DNA of 64,000 nucleotides from an uncultured Gammaproteobacteria bacterium (GTDB lineage Bacteria; Patescibacteriota; Patescibacteriia; Magasanikbacterales; UBA922): NCBI GenBank assembly GCA_964550845.1, contig CAZKAD010000001.1, positions 21,342 to 85,341 of the forward strand, read 5' to 3'. Shown piece by piece: positions 37,757 to 47,116 of this stretch (position 1 is its first letter; each line of letters starts with the position of its first letter). The notes under the pieces were generated by a model. It saw only the letters and a program-made list of their open reading frames with translations, ran no database searches and was not told where the DNA came from. The position numbers and the translations under genes were made by a program.

Positions 37757-39193
37757 ATGAGTATTCGAGCTGGCTGCCGAATTCCATCAAAAGGGTTATT
37801 AATTAATTTAGATACCAAAGAGATTCTTAATTTCTCAGATCATCTTAACTTGAACATAGGAGGCATCTATGATTACTCACCTCAACGGAAATGCGGATCT
37901 CTTGATTTCCCGTCCGATGATGAAATAAAAGGATACAATATGGTTTGTTACAATGGCAAACTTGATAAGTTTGCCACAATGACTAGAAAATATATTTATT
38001 TCTGGGATCTTTCCACAATTAGAGAAAAGGTTCCTTATCAGAGATGCAAACGTCCATCCTCACCATGTGTGAATTTCGGATATCTTGATAATGAATGTGT
38101 AATTGTGCTTGAAGACGAATCTTACAAAGATATTTATACCTTATACACTTACAAAACAAATTTTGTTGGACAAAAGCTTGAATTAATTGCCAAGATTCCA
38201 ACCGAATGTGATAATATTGTGACAGATGGAAATCAAATTATAGTCGGTGACGAACATTCTTCGGTTTACTCAATTTTTGAATTTGATGAAAAACAGAGAT
38301 TGATATTTAGTGACGTCATTCAAGTTGAACAACCTGACCATTTAATAACTAGTATTTGTACGCCGAAGTTTCAGGTATTTCTATCAAATTTTCAAATGCA
38401 GATTCGCTGTAAAATCGGTAACTTTTCTACTCGAACAAGTAGCACCGTCCAAGATGCTGATCCAACTACATTATATGTTATTCGAACATATAATGTAGTT
38501 GGATCAGCATCTTCAATAATCCATTTCAACTCGTTCAATCACGATAATTTCGACTTTATTATCATCGCCAATGATTACGGTTTTGACGACGAATCTAATT
38601 TCGAGGATATTGATGAATTTTGGGATAATTATACTCCTTTGAATATCTATCGAATAAATCTCCCAAATAAAGAGATTATTCAAATCGACGAAGAAGTCGA
38701 TTACTGGGAAAATAATGATCAATTTCGAGCAGCTAGACAAATAGTTCATTATCCGGCTCATGATTTTTTAATCCTCCAAAGAGATGTTATCGAAATATGG
38801 AATCTTTTTCCTATGTTTAAGCTGTGGGCATCTGATCAAATGTTCGATAAATGGGAAAAGATTGCAATTACCAATAAACTCGAAGCAACTGGAATCACCC
38901 ATGGTGTTCAAAAAACAACCATCTTTCTTGCACCATGCATTTTTGCAAATCTGATTGCATCAGGGTTATTTGAATTAAACAAGGAGGAAATTTTAACTTC
39001 CTTTTTACAAAAAGATTTGTATGATCCTCGTTTGTTAATGACGATTTGGTCTTTTGTTTACGAGCCAAGATTGGCAAGTGGAGATTACCAGATTAATGAA
39101 ATCTCTTCAGATGATGATTCCTTAAATGAAGATGAAGATTCGTTCTTCCGTCTACGATCCATGATTGTCGAATGGAGATTACCAGATCAATAA
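37757..39193 (+). CDS. LYDPRLL-tail family protein (long, LIW subtype; 478 aa)
   Basis: C-terminal FLQKDLYDPRLLMTIWSFVYEP. Confidence 0.6.
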   Translation: MSIRAGCRIPSKGLLINLDTKEILNFSDHLNLNIGGIYDYSPQRKCGSLDFPSDDEIKGYNMVCYNGKLDKFATMTRKYIYFWDLSTIREKVPYQRCKRPSSPCVNFGYLDNECVIVLEDESYKDIYTLYTYKTNFVGQKLELIAKIPTECDNIVTDGNQIIVGDEHSSVYSIFEFDEKQRLIFSDVIQVEQPDHLITSICTPKFQVFLSNFQMQIRCKIGNFSTRTSSTVQDADPTTLYVIRTYNVVGSASSIIHFNSFNHDNFDFIIIANDYGFDDESNFEDIDEFWDNYTPLNIYRINLPNKEIIQIDEEVDYWENNDQFRAARQIVHYPAHDFLILQRDVIEIWNLFPMFKLWASDQMFDKWEKIAITNKLEATGITHGVQKTTIFLAPCIFANLIASGLFELNKEEILTSFLQKDLYDPRLLMTIWSFVYEPRLASGDYQINEISSDDDSLNEDEDSFFRLRSMIVEWRLPDQ

Positions 39194-39319
39194 AATCTCT
39201 TTAAATGCCGATTCTCTAAACGATAATGAAGATTGACATCATCTTTTAGTATTATTTATCTCTCGAGATAGATAAAATGATTTTATTATGCGTTCTCAAA
39301 AGTAAAGACGTTCCATCCC

Positions 39320-39982
39320 ATGAATATCGATTTGTTTGACAAATTTCCTTTATCATGTCTAAAATTTAGCGGATCAATTCGGGCCCGTTATGAAAACTTT
39401 GATCAATTTGTTCAGCTTTGTTCCATTATTGCTGAGAAAAAACAGTATCACACTATACATTTCAATCAAGAAGATGCCCGAAAAACTAATTTTACTGATA
39501 TTTCAATTCAATATCATTCGATAAAGAGGATTAATGAAGTTTGTTATTCATCTGAGATGAACGTATTAAAAATAAAGAAAACAATTTTAGGCATTCGATA
39601 CATCAACATCGATAATCTTGATGTACTGCAAAAATTACTTCAGTCACCTACGTTGTATCCTGGAGCTACATTGGACATTGATATTGATTTAGATTATGAA
39701 TCAAGCAACGAAACGAAAAATATAAGCACTAAAAATGAATTGGCTGTATTGGACATGATGATTCAGTCAGAATCACCATTGAGGAATCTTGATATTAAAT
39801 ATTATGTTGGCAATCTTGGTGGAATGAGAGAATTGAATATCAGTAGCTTACTCCGATTGATGCAGTTTGTTTGCTGCGGGTTGAATCTACGTGATTATTC
39901 TACATGGTCTTCCTTTCTAACTCGAGAATTATATGATCCGAGAATACTTAGTTTAATTGCGAAATTTGCATTTTGCATGTAA
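39320..39982 (+). CDS. LYDPRLL-tail family protein, subfamily A
   Basis: LRNLD, LLRLMQFVCCGL and FLTRELYDPRILSLIAKFAF. Confidence 0.6.
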   Translation: MNIDLFDKFPLSCLKFSGSIRARYENFDQFVQLCSIIAEKKQYHTIHFNQEDARKTNFTDISIQYHSIKRINEVCYSSEMNVLKIKKTILGIRYINIDNLDVLQKLLQSPTLYPGATLDIDIDLDYESSNETKNISTKNELAVLDMMIQSESPLRNLDIKYYVGNLGGMRELNISSLLRLMQFVCCGLNLRDYSTWSSFLTRELYDPRILSLIAKFAFCM

Positions 39983-40030
39983 AATTGATTTCTCTTCGAG
40001 ATAAAAACAATTTATATTATAATTATAGTA

Positions 40031-40693
40031 ATGTTTTCAAACTTACATGAAATAAAATCAGAATTAGTTGGTACAATTAAAACTATTTCTCGATCAGGTG
40101 AAGAGTTTGTCAAACTTTGCGATCAACTTCAACATCTAAATCGTCATACTATTTATTTTTCGACTAATTTTCGATGGTATGCTAATGTTGATGAAAAATT
40201 GGAAGATTTTGAGGACTACGATAGCATTTTTTCTCTTACGATCATTGAATTTGGGACTCAAAATCAATTTGAATTTGAAGCTAAAACTGCCATCTTCAGA
40301 AATAAATGTGTTGAACAAATTCCCCGAATTAACCATATTGATCTCTGGCATGCAGAAGAAATGAATTATCAACTTAATTGCCCTGGTGCAACAGTCGAAC
40401 ATCATTATCGTTCGGGACATAAGAAGGAGATTCATAAAAATTATTTCATACTGCTTCATGATCTCCTCAAATCAGAATCGATGTTGCGCAATTTGAACAA
40501 TGTGGTAACCACGAAAAATGCCATTCGAATCACAGAACTTCTCTCTTTAATGAAAATCATTTGTCTTGGGCTTGTAGATGAGAGCGATTTGAATTCTTTT
40601 TTAACTCGAGAATTGTATGATCCTCGATTGTTAATTACGATTGCCGAATTTACAGATCAACATTCGATTTTAATCAGCGTCAGCCCTTTTTGA
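40031..40693 (+). CDS. LYDPRLL-tail family protein, subfamily A
   Basis: LVGTIKTISRS..EFVKLC and FLTRELYDPRLLITIAEF. AAAATTGA at 39981-39988. Confidence 0.6.
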   Translation: MFSNLHEIKSELVGTIKTISRSGEEFVKLCDQLQHLNRHTIYFSTNFRWYANVDEKLEDFEDYDSIFSLTIIEFGTQNQFEFEAKTAIFRNKCVEQIPRINHIDLWHAEEMNYQLNCPGATVEHHYRSGHKKEIHKNYFILLHDLLKSESMLRNLNNVVTTKNAIRITELLSLMKIICLGLVDESDLNSFLTRELYDPRLLITIAEFTDQHSILISVSPF

Positions 40694-40749
40694 TGTTTAA
40701 AAACAAAAATGATTTCTCTCTTCTCGAAGAGAGGAAAAATAACAATCTC

Positions 40750-41460
40750 ATGTTATCTTCTCTAAAAGAATCGGGACTTGAACTCGTCGGAACATTAAAA
40801 ATTGTTTCACGCAGTTGTGATGATTTTGTCAAACTGTGCCAACAATTTGACAATCTTTATTTTCATCGCCTCTCTTTTTCGGACAATTTCGAATCATATG
40901 TACAAGAGGACAGTAGATTGATCGATTTTGAAGATCAAGACGAAATCTTTGCTCTCACGGTCGTTCAGTTCTTATCAGAATCGGAATATAAATTTAAGGT
41001 AAATAGTTATATTTTCGGAAATGAATGTAATTATCAGATTCCGAATGTTTCTGAAGTTGAACTTTGGGAAGAAAAAGAAATTGATTGTGACTTTGATTGC
41101 CCGAATGCGAGAGTTATTCACAATTATTTTCCTCGATTTGGATTGGAAGTAAATTCTGGAAAAATCTCAAGAAGTCAGGAGGTTTGTAAAAATTATTTAG
41201 TGATGCTTCAACGACTACTCACTTCGGAATCGAGATTGAGAAACTTAGACAATGTAGTGGACCGTTTTAATCATCGAATAAGAGAATTACTGCAATTAAT
41301 GAGACTTATTTGTCTTGGGCTGAATGAAGAGAATTCAAATTCGTCCTTTCGGGACTCGAATATTTTGTCTACCTTTTTGGTCAAAGATTTGTATGATCCT
41401 CGATTGCTGATTCTTATTGCACAATTTGTTGACCAATATTCAATTGTCTTTCAAAACTGA
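40750..41460 (+). CDS. LYDPRLL-tail family protein, subfamily A
   Basis: First ATG after hairpin 40717-40735. FLVKDLYDPRLLILIAQF. Confidence 0.6.
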   Translation: MLSSLKESGLELVGTLKIVSRSCDDFVKLCQQFDNLYFHRLSFSDNFESYVQEDSRLIDFEDQDEIFALTVVQFLSESEYKFKVNSYIFGNECNYQIPNVSEVELWEEKEIDCDFDCPNARVIHNYFPRFGLEVNSGKISRSQEVCKNYLVMLQRLLTSESRLRNLDNVVDRFNHRIRELLQLMRLICLGLNEENSNSSFRDSNILSTFLVKDLYDPRLLILIAQFVDQYSIVFQN

Positions 41461-41500
41461 TTTCTCTCTTCTCGAAGAGAGGAAAATTATTATTTCAGTT

Positions 41501-42187
41501 ATGTTCCCTGCTCTCAGCGAATTAAATCCCGAATTAATCGGAACATTTAAAATCGTCTCCCGATCAAGTGAAGATTTTATTAAACTTTGTCACAAGCTGC
41601 AGAATCAATCTCATCATATAATCTCCTTTTCGGAGAATTTTCAATCATGTATTGAAGATGACGAAAGATTGATCAATTTTGAAAACCAAAATGAAATTTT
41701 CGCCCTTACGGTGCTTGAATTCAGATCAGAAAATCAATTTCAATTAGATGTTGAGACCTTTATTTTCCGTCAGCAATGCGATTCACAAATTCCTGGTGTT
41801 TCCACGATTGAACTTTGGAGTGAAATGGAAATTAATTACCAATTTGATTGTCCCGGTGCAACGGTGGTTCATCGTTACTTTCCTTCACGTCAGAAAAATA
41901 GAATGACTGGTAAAACTACATTGATACCGCAAAGTAAAAAGTATTTCCAAATGTTGCAAAGGTTTCTTCTTTCTGAGTCGCCTTTCCGTAACTTGAATAA
42001 TGTAATTCCTCCTTATGATAGTGTTTCAGTCTCAGAACTCCTTCATTTAATGAGAATTACTTGTCTCGGTCTTGTGGATGATGGGATAATGAACTACTTT
42101 TTAACTCGTGAATTGTACGATCCTCGATTGCTATATTTGATTGCGAAGTTTGGAGATACTTATTCAATTGTGGGGGAATTGGAGTAA
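41501..42187 (+). CDS. LYDPRLL-tail family protein, subfamily A
   Basis: FLTRELYDPRLLYLIAKF. Confidence 0.6.
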   Translation: MFPALSELNPELIGTFKIVSRSSEDFIKLCHKLQNQSHHIISFSENFQSCIEDDERLINFENQNEIFALTVLEFRSENQFQLDVETFIFRQQCDSQIPGVSTIELWSEMEINYQFDCPGATVVHRYFPSRQKNRMTGKTTLIPQSKKYFQMLQRFLLSESPFRNLNNVIPPYDSVSVSELLHLMRITCLGLVDDGIMNYFLTRELYDPRLLYLIAKFGDTYSIVGELE

Positions 42188-42277
42188 TCAGAGCAATAGA
42201 AGTAATCGGAGTAATCGGAGTAATCGGAGTAATCAGAGTAAAACTGATTTTCTCTCTTCTCGAAGAGAGGAAAAGTA

Positions 42278-42904
42278 ATGTCTTTTTTCAAAGATATAGA
42301 TCCATCAGAGTTTACATCTCTTACAGCAGAGTTAAAGTTTAGTACATTTGAAAGATTAGTTCATTTCATTCAACAAAGTAAAACTGAAAACTCTTATATC
42401 ACCTTAACTTTTAACCGGAGTATCACTGATACATTTGAGGCTAATGCTGAAGTTTGTAGATATTCAGATTCATCTTTCGTCATTCATATACATGTCGAAT
42501 TGAAAGAAGGTCAATCCTTAACTATTCCAAATATAGACGAAGTAAACATCGATCTTAAATATTTATCCACTAAACCCGACATTGATTTTCCGCAAGCAAT
42601 AGTAAAATTACTTTGTGATAGTTCAAGTAGAAATCAACTTGAACCAAAAGCTTTATCCATTTTACTTAATTCAACTTCAAAGCTAAGAAATCTTCCTTTC
42701 TTCTATACTTCATTACATGATAATAATGATGAAGAGCTCAAACTCAACTTTTTGATTCGATTGATGAGACTGGTTTGTTGTGGAATGAGCGAAGAGAATT
42801 CAAACATTTGGTCTACCTTTCTCACAAAAGAATTGTATGATCCTCGATTAATGATTCTGATTGCGCGATTCATCGATCAATGTTCAGATGTCTTACAAAA
42901 CTGA
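42278..42904 (+). CDS. LYDPRLL-tail family protein, subfamily A
   Basis: FLTKELYDPRLMILIARF. Confidence 0.6.
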   Translation: MSFFKDIDPSEFTSLTAELKFSTFERLVHFIQQSKTENSYITLTFNRSITDTFEANAEVCRYSDSSFVIHIHVELKEGQSLTIPNIDEVNIDLKYLSTKPDIDFPQAIVKLLCDSSSRNQLEPKALSILLNSTSKLRNLPFFYTSLHDNNDEELKLNFLIRLMRLVCCGMSEENSNIWSTFLTKELYDPRLMILIARFIDQCSDVLQN

Positions 42905-42936
42905 TTTCCTCTCTTTTCGAAGAGAGGAAAGTAATA

Positions 42937-43570
42937 ATGTCACTCATTAAAGATGTCGATCTTTCAGAGATTATATCTTTGAAAATGGAACTTAAATTTG
43001 GTACCCCTGAAAAATTAATCCGTTTCATTCAACAAAATAAAGGCCAAAATTTTCAATGCAAATTGACCTTTAGCCGTAGTAAAACTGACACATTTGAGGC
43101 TGCTGTCGAAGTTCGCAAACTTTCGAAAATTTTCGTTGTTGATATGCATGTCGAGATGAAAGAAGATCAATCTATAACCATTCCGGATATAGATGAAATC
43201 AACATTAATTTTTCATATTTATCCGAAAAACCAGATATCGATTGCCCGGGAGCAAAAGTATATTTATACTGCGGTGGTTCAATTACTGATCAAATCGAGA
43301 TAGAAACTTTAACTATTTTACTTAATTCAACTTCAAAGCTGAGAAATCTTCCTTTCTTTTGCGTTCCATGGAACAGTATTGACAGAGAAATCTTCCTTTC
43401 TTTTGCGTTCCATGGAACAGTATTGACAGAGAGCTCAAACTCAACTTTCTGATTCGATTGATGAGACTTGTTTGTTGTGGTGTTTGTGAAGAGGATAATG
43501 TATGGCAATTCTTTTTGACTCAAGAATTGTATGATCCGAGATTACTTAGTGGCATTGCAGCGTTTAATTA
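42937..43570 (+). pseudogene. LYDPRLL-tail family gene frameshifted by a 44-bp tandem duplication
   Basis: Closest paralog of 42278..42904. A perfect 44-bp direct duplication at about 43341-43428 (44 mod 3 = 2) ends the frame at 43452. The conserved tail ...LIRLMRLVCCG...FLTQELYDPRLLSGIAAFN is intact in the +2 frame up to 43570. Confidence 0.65.
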
Positions 43571-43719
43571 ATTTAGAGAGTCTCGAAGAGACGTTTAACT
43601 AATTCAGAGAGTCAAGAGAAAGTAGCTAATTCAAAATATTCATCTCCTTTCGAAGAGATAAAAAGTGATTAATTCTTTTGCGTATAAAAGAATTAAAATA
43701 AAAGAATTAAAATTAAAAG

Positions 43720-44403
43720 ATGGACAAACCTTTTAACCAGTCTCAAGAGACGTTTAATCCAATTGAGATTTTTCGTATTGAATCTGACACTTTGATTAAG
43801 AAGCTGGGAAAAGGTCCACGTGGAAATATATTGAATGAATATTTTGAAGTGCCTAAAAAATTTACTCAAGGAATGTTGTACTTCTATTTTTCGCATCATG
43901 TATTTGACCACTTTGAAGAAAAGCTCGACACAAAAATTATCTTCCCTCGAAATCAGATAAAAAATTTTCAACTCTTTCTTAAGCAAAATTACCCGGATAC
44001 TTCATCATTTCGATTTCTCTATTATTTACATCAAATACATCCAGAACATTGTATTATTGGTATCGAAAATGGACAAGGTGTCCATCATTTTTTCAAACAT
44101 GACTATGGATTGTACGGAGATATGTATGAAAACTACTATCATTTTCTCGAAATCATTGTTCGATTGATTGGTGAAAAAGTTGATCATGGTTATGATCCAC
44201 TTGGAGAATTGGTTGCCAATGGATTGATCGACAATGGACAATTTTATGCCTTTCTCACAAAAGAATTGTATGATCCTCGTGTTTTAATTATGATTCATCA
44301 ATTTGCCTTCGATCCAAATAAAACTCGATATTTGTCTGCTTCCGGAGAAGTTATGGAAGAAGAAATTAAACAGCTTCAACAAGATGAAAATAATGAAGAT
44401 TAA
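43720..44403 (+). CDS. LYDPRLL-tail family protein, subfamily B
   Basis: FNPIEIFRI, YFYFSHH, GEKVDHGYDPLGELVA and FLTKELYDPRVLIMIHQFAFDP. Confidence 0.6.
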   Translation: MDKPFNQSQETFNPIEIFRIESDTLIKKLGKGPRGNILNEYFEVPKKFTQGMLYFYFSHHVFDHFEEKLDTKIIFPRNQIKNFQLFLKQNYPDTSSFRFLYYLHQIHPEHCIIGIENGQGVHHFFKHDYGLYGDMYENYYHFLEIIVRLIGEKVDHGYDPLGELVANGLIDNGQFYAFLTKELYDPRVLIMIHQFAFDPNKTRYLSASGEVMEEEIKQLQQDENNED

Positions 44404-44487
44404 ATTCTTTTATCTCCTCTCGGGGAGATATAAAAAATGAATTTCCGACGAAACTCAAAGGTATAAAAGAAAGATAGAATAAAAGAA

Positions 44488-45189
44488 ATGACTCAATTTA
44501 CACCAATTGATATCTTTCGAATTGATGCCCAGATTCTAAGTGAGAAAATTGATAATATTAAAAAATATGTCCAGCTCGATGAAAAATTTTCTCGAGGTAT
44601 ATTATACTTTTATTTTTCATGGGAAATAGAAATGGTAAAAGTTTCTCAAAAAGACTGCTTTCACAAGTTCAAGGAATTTCTTCGGCAAAATTATCCAGAT
44701 ACTTTTCCTTTCCATTTTCTCTATCATCTTCATCGGAAAGCAAACAGATCTTACACTTTAGCCGAAAATAACCGAGGAGTTATATATACATATATACATG
44801 ATTATGGTTTGTATGGGAATGAAGTTAGTAATCGTGATAGCTTTTTTGAAACTACTATTCGAACATTTGGTGAAAAAGTTGATCATGGTTATGATCCCCT
44901 TGGCGAATTAGTTGCTTCAGGATTAAACAGTGAAGGCATTTTTCATGCCTTTCTCACAAAAGAATTGTATGATCCTCGTGTTTTGATTTTGATTCATCGA
45001 TTCGCCTTTGATCCAGATAAAGAAAAATTCTACAATGTATATGGAAAGATTGTCGAAGAAGACCTCGACGAGAACGATTCGATGTCATTTGACATAGCAT
45101 CAGACGAAGAGATATTCGATGAAAGTGATGAGGAGATATTCGATGAAAGTGACGATGAAAGTGACGATGAAAGTGATGAAGAGAATTAA
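44488..45189 (+). CDS. LYDPRLL-tail family protein, subfamily B, with acidic DEEIFDES-repeat tail
   Basis: Same blocks. C-terminal in-frame 24/12-bp tandem repeats. Confidence 0.6.
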   Translation: MTQFTPIDIFRIDAQILSEKIDNIKKYVQLDEKFSRGILYFYFSWEIEMVKVSQKDCFHKFKEFLRQNYPDTFPFHFLYHLHRKANRSYTLAENNRGVIYTYIHDYGLYGNEVSNRDSFFETTIRTFGEKVDHGYDPLGELVASGLNSEGIFHAFLTKELYDPRVLILIHRFAFDPDKEKFYNVYGKIVEEDLDENDSMSFDIASDEEIFDESDEEIFDESDDESDDESDEEN

Positions 45190-45248
45190 TTATGTTTGTT
45201 TCCTCAAGAGGAAGCAAAAAATTTTAGTTTGTAATCAACACCCGTTGT

Positions 45249-45992
45249 TTAGTCTTCATTATCACTATTATCACTATTCGCCATGGCCAAAATAGCCGCG
45301 TACTCTGGACCAGGGGCGAGATGCTCATCACGATAATTATTAAAATCTTCTTCAAATTCCTCACCAAAGGCATCAAAATCTTTGATTTTGTTCGGATCGA
45401 AGGCAAATTGATGAATCAAAATCAGAATTCTCGGGTCATACAATTCTCGAGTCAAAAATGTATGAAAACAACTATTTCCTTCCGAATCATTCAGTCCTGA
45501 AGCAACCAATTCTCCAAGTGGATCGTAGCCGTGATCAACTTTTTCACCGAGCAAGCGAACAAAAATTTCAAGAAGATGATGATGACAGTCTACTGTATCT
45601 CCATACATTCCATAGTCATGAGTGTAATATCTCGTAATTCCTTGATTATTTTCAAGTAAAATAAGACAATATTTTGGATTATCACCATGAAGACGTATCA
45701 AATAACGAAATGCTGAAGTATCAGGGTAATTCTGTTGAAGAAAAAGTTTAAAATTTTCATACTGGCTTTGAGTGAAGACTATTTCACTATTTTCGGATTT
45801 GTGTTTGCTACGCTTAAATATATGATGAGAAAAATAAAAGTACAATGTCCCTTGAGAAATCTTTTTTGATAATTCGAAATGTTCATTTAGCGCATTACCA
45901 CGATGACATTTCCCCAGCTTTTCAATCAAGATTTGCGCGTCAATTCGAAAGATTTCAATTGGATTAAATGTCGCAAGGGACTGGTTAAACAT
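45249..45992 (-). CDS. LYDPRLL-tail family protein, subfamily B (inverted orientation)
   Basis: MFNQSLATFNPIEIFRI...FLTRELYDPRILILIHQFAFDP. The track ORF started at GTG 46055. Confidence 0.6.
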   Translation of the reverse strand: MFNQSLATFNPIEIFRIDAQILIEKLGKCHRGNALNEHFELSKKISQGTLYFYFSHHIFKRSKHKSENSEIVFTQSQYENFKLFLQQNYPDTSAFRYLIRLHGDNPKYCLILLENNQGITRYYTHDYGMYGDTVDCHHHLLEIFVRLLGEKVDHGYDPLGELVASGLNDSEGNSCFHTFLTRELYDPRILILIHQFAFDPNKIKDFDAFGEEFEEDFNNYRDEHLAPGPEYAAILAMANSDNSDNED

Positions 45993-46051
45993 CTCTTTAG
46001 TTTGACTATCTAATGATATCTTTACAATTTGATCAATGGACAAAGGTAAAA

Positions 46052-46077
46052 TCACTTTTCCTCTTGAGGAAAAGTGA
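46052..46077. terminator. hairpin TCACTTTTCCTC-TT-GAGGAAAAGTGA
   Basis: Perfect 12-bp stem between two minus-strand genes. Confidence 0.6.
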
Positions 46078-46082
46078 TAGAT

Positions 46083-46448
46083 TTATTGCTTAGCTCCTTC
46101 TTCGAAACGCTTATTGAGTTCTTCGAAACGCTTATTGAGTTCTTCGAAACGCTCATTGAGTTCTTCGAAACGCTTATTGAGTTCTTCGAAACGTGTGTCC
46201 TTTGAATTTATTTGCAAACTTCCTTTGAATTTTGTTAAAGCATTTCGAAATGAGTCTGGATCATCTATATTGAACATATACGAAGTCTCCGAACAATTTG
46301 ACGAAATGGTACCTCGAAATAAATTCAAATGTACAATCACATTTCTGCTATGAATTGAAACAGTTTCACGATTTGGAGATATCCGGATAATTGGACTTTC
46401 CAATTTAAGTTCGTTGGCAACTATTTCTGCCATCTCTAAAGCAGACAT
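46083..46448 (-). CDS. hypothetical protein with 5 x (R)FEELNK(R) C-terminal repeat
   Basis: 24-bp x5 in-frame tandem repeat at about 46098-46215. Paralog of the next gene. Confidence 0.5.
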   Translation of the reverse strand: MSALEMAEIVANELKLESPIIRISPNRETVSIHSRNVIVHLNLFRGTISSNCSETSYMFNIDDPDSFRNALTKFKGSLQINSKDTRFEELNKRFEELNERFEELNKRFEELNKRFEEGAKQ

Positions 46449-46546
46449 TTTAGATGTCTTTCGGGAGTTATTGAATGGTTTGATTTATTAACGATTAACT
46501 AATAACTTAAAAATCATTTTTCCTCGAGAGGAACAATGATACATTT

Positions 46547-46843
46547 TTATTGCTTGATTCCCTCAACTGGATTCTTATTGACTTCTTCGGGGCTTTTAAC
46601 TTCTGAATTCACTTTCAAACTCTCTTTAATCCCTAACAACGCGCCTTGCAACGAAGATGGACTATCGAACATGTACATGTTCGAAGTGTTCGATGAAATC
46701 GTGCCAAGAAATCGATCCAGTTCAATAATTACATTCCCACTTTGAATTGAGACACAATCCGAATTATTTGGATGTACCTGAATAATCGGGTTTGCCAATT
46801 TGAGTTCTTTGGCGATCATTTCTGCCATTTTCACGGTAGACAT
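46547..46843 (-). CDS. paralog of 46083..46448 without the repeat
   Basis: MSTVKMAEMIAKELKLANPIIQVHPN versus MSALEMAEIVANELKLESPIIRISPN. Minus-strand AAAATTGA at 46908-46915. Confidence 0.5.
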   Translation of the reverse strand: MSTVKMAEMIAKELKLANPIIQVHPNNSDCVSIQSGNVIIELDRFLGTISSNTSNMYMFDSPSSLQGALLGIKESLKVNSEVKSPEEVNKNPVEGIKQ

Positions 46844-46891
46844 TTCGGATGTTTTTCGGGTGCTTTTTGAGTGCTTTTGAATATTTTCCAT

Positions 46892-47082
46892 TCGCCGAAC
46901 AAGAAAATCAATTTTGGAATCGAATGAATTGAATGAATTAAATGAATTGAATGAATTGAATGAATTGAATTCAATAAAGTCGAATTCAAAAGTCTATAAA
47001 TTTCAAATCGAAAATGGAAAAGTTTTGAAATCGAATGAATTGAATGAATCGAATGAATTGAATCGAATGAATTGAATTTTAT
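46892..47082. repeat. two blocks of a 9-bp microsatellite GAATTGAAT/GAATCGAAT (about 7 + about 5 copies)
   Basis: Directly visible imperfect tandem repeats in the 5' region of the gene starting at 46843. Confidence 0.8.
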
Positions 47083-47086
47083 TCCC

Positions 47087-47110
47087 CAAAGGGAATAAAA
47101 TGCCTGTCAA
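47087..47110. terminator. hairpin TTTTATTCCC-CAAA-GGGAATAAAA
   Basis: Perfect 10-bp stem at the 3' end of the capping-enzyme gene. Confidence 0.6.
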
Positions 47111-47116
47111 TAGACG

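Noticed and set aside
46892-47082. MIMIVIRE-like virophage-derived repeat cluster
   Set aside because: The repeat unit GAATTGAAT has no adjacent helicase/nuclease genes and resembles the promoter core. No evidence links it to a virophage sequence.
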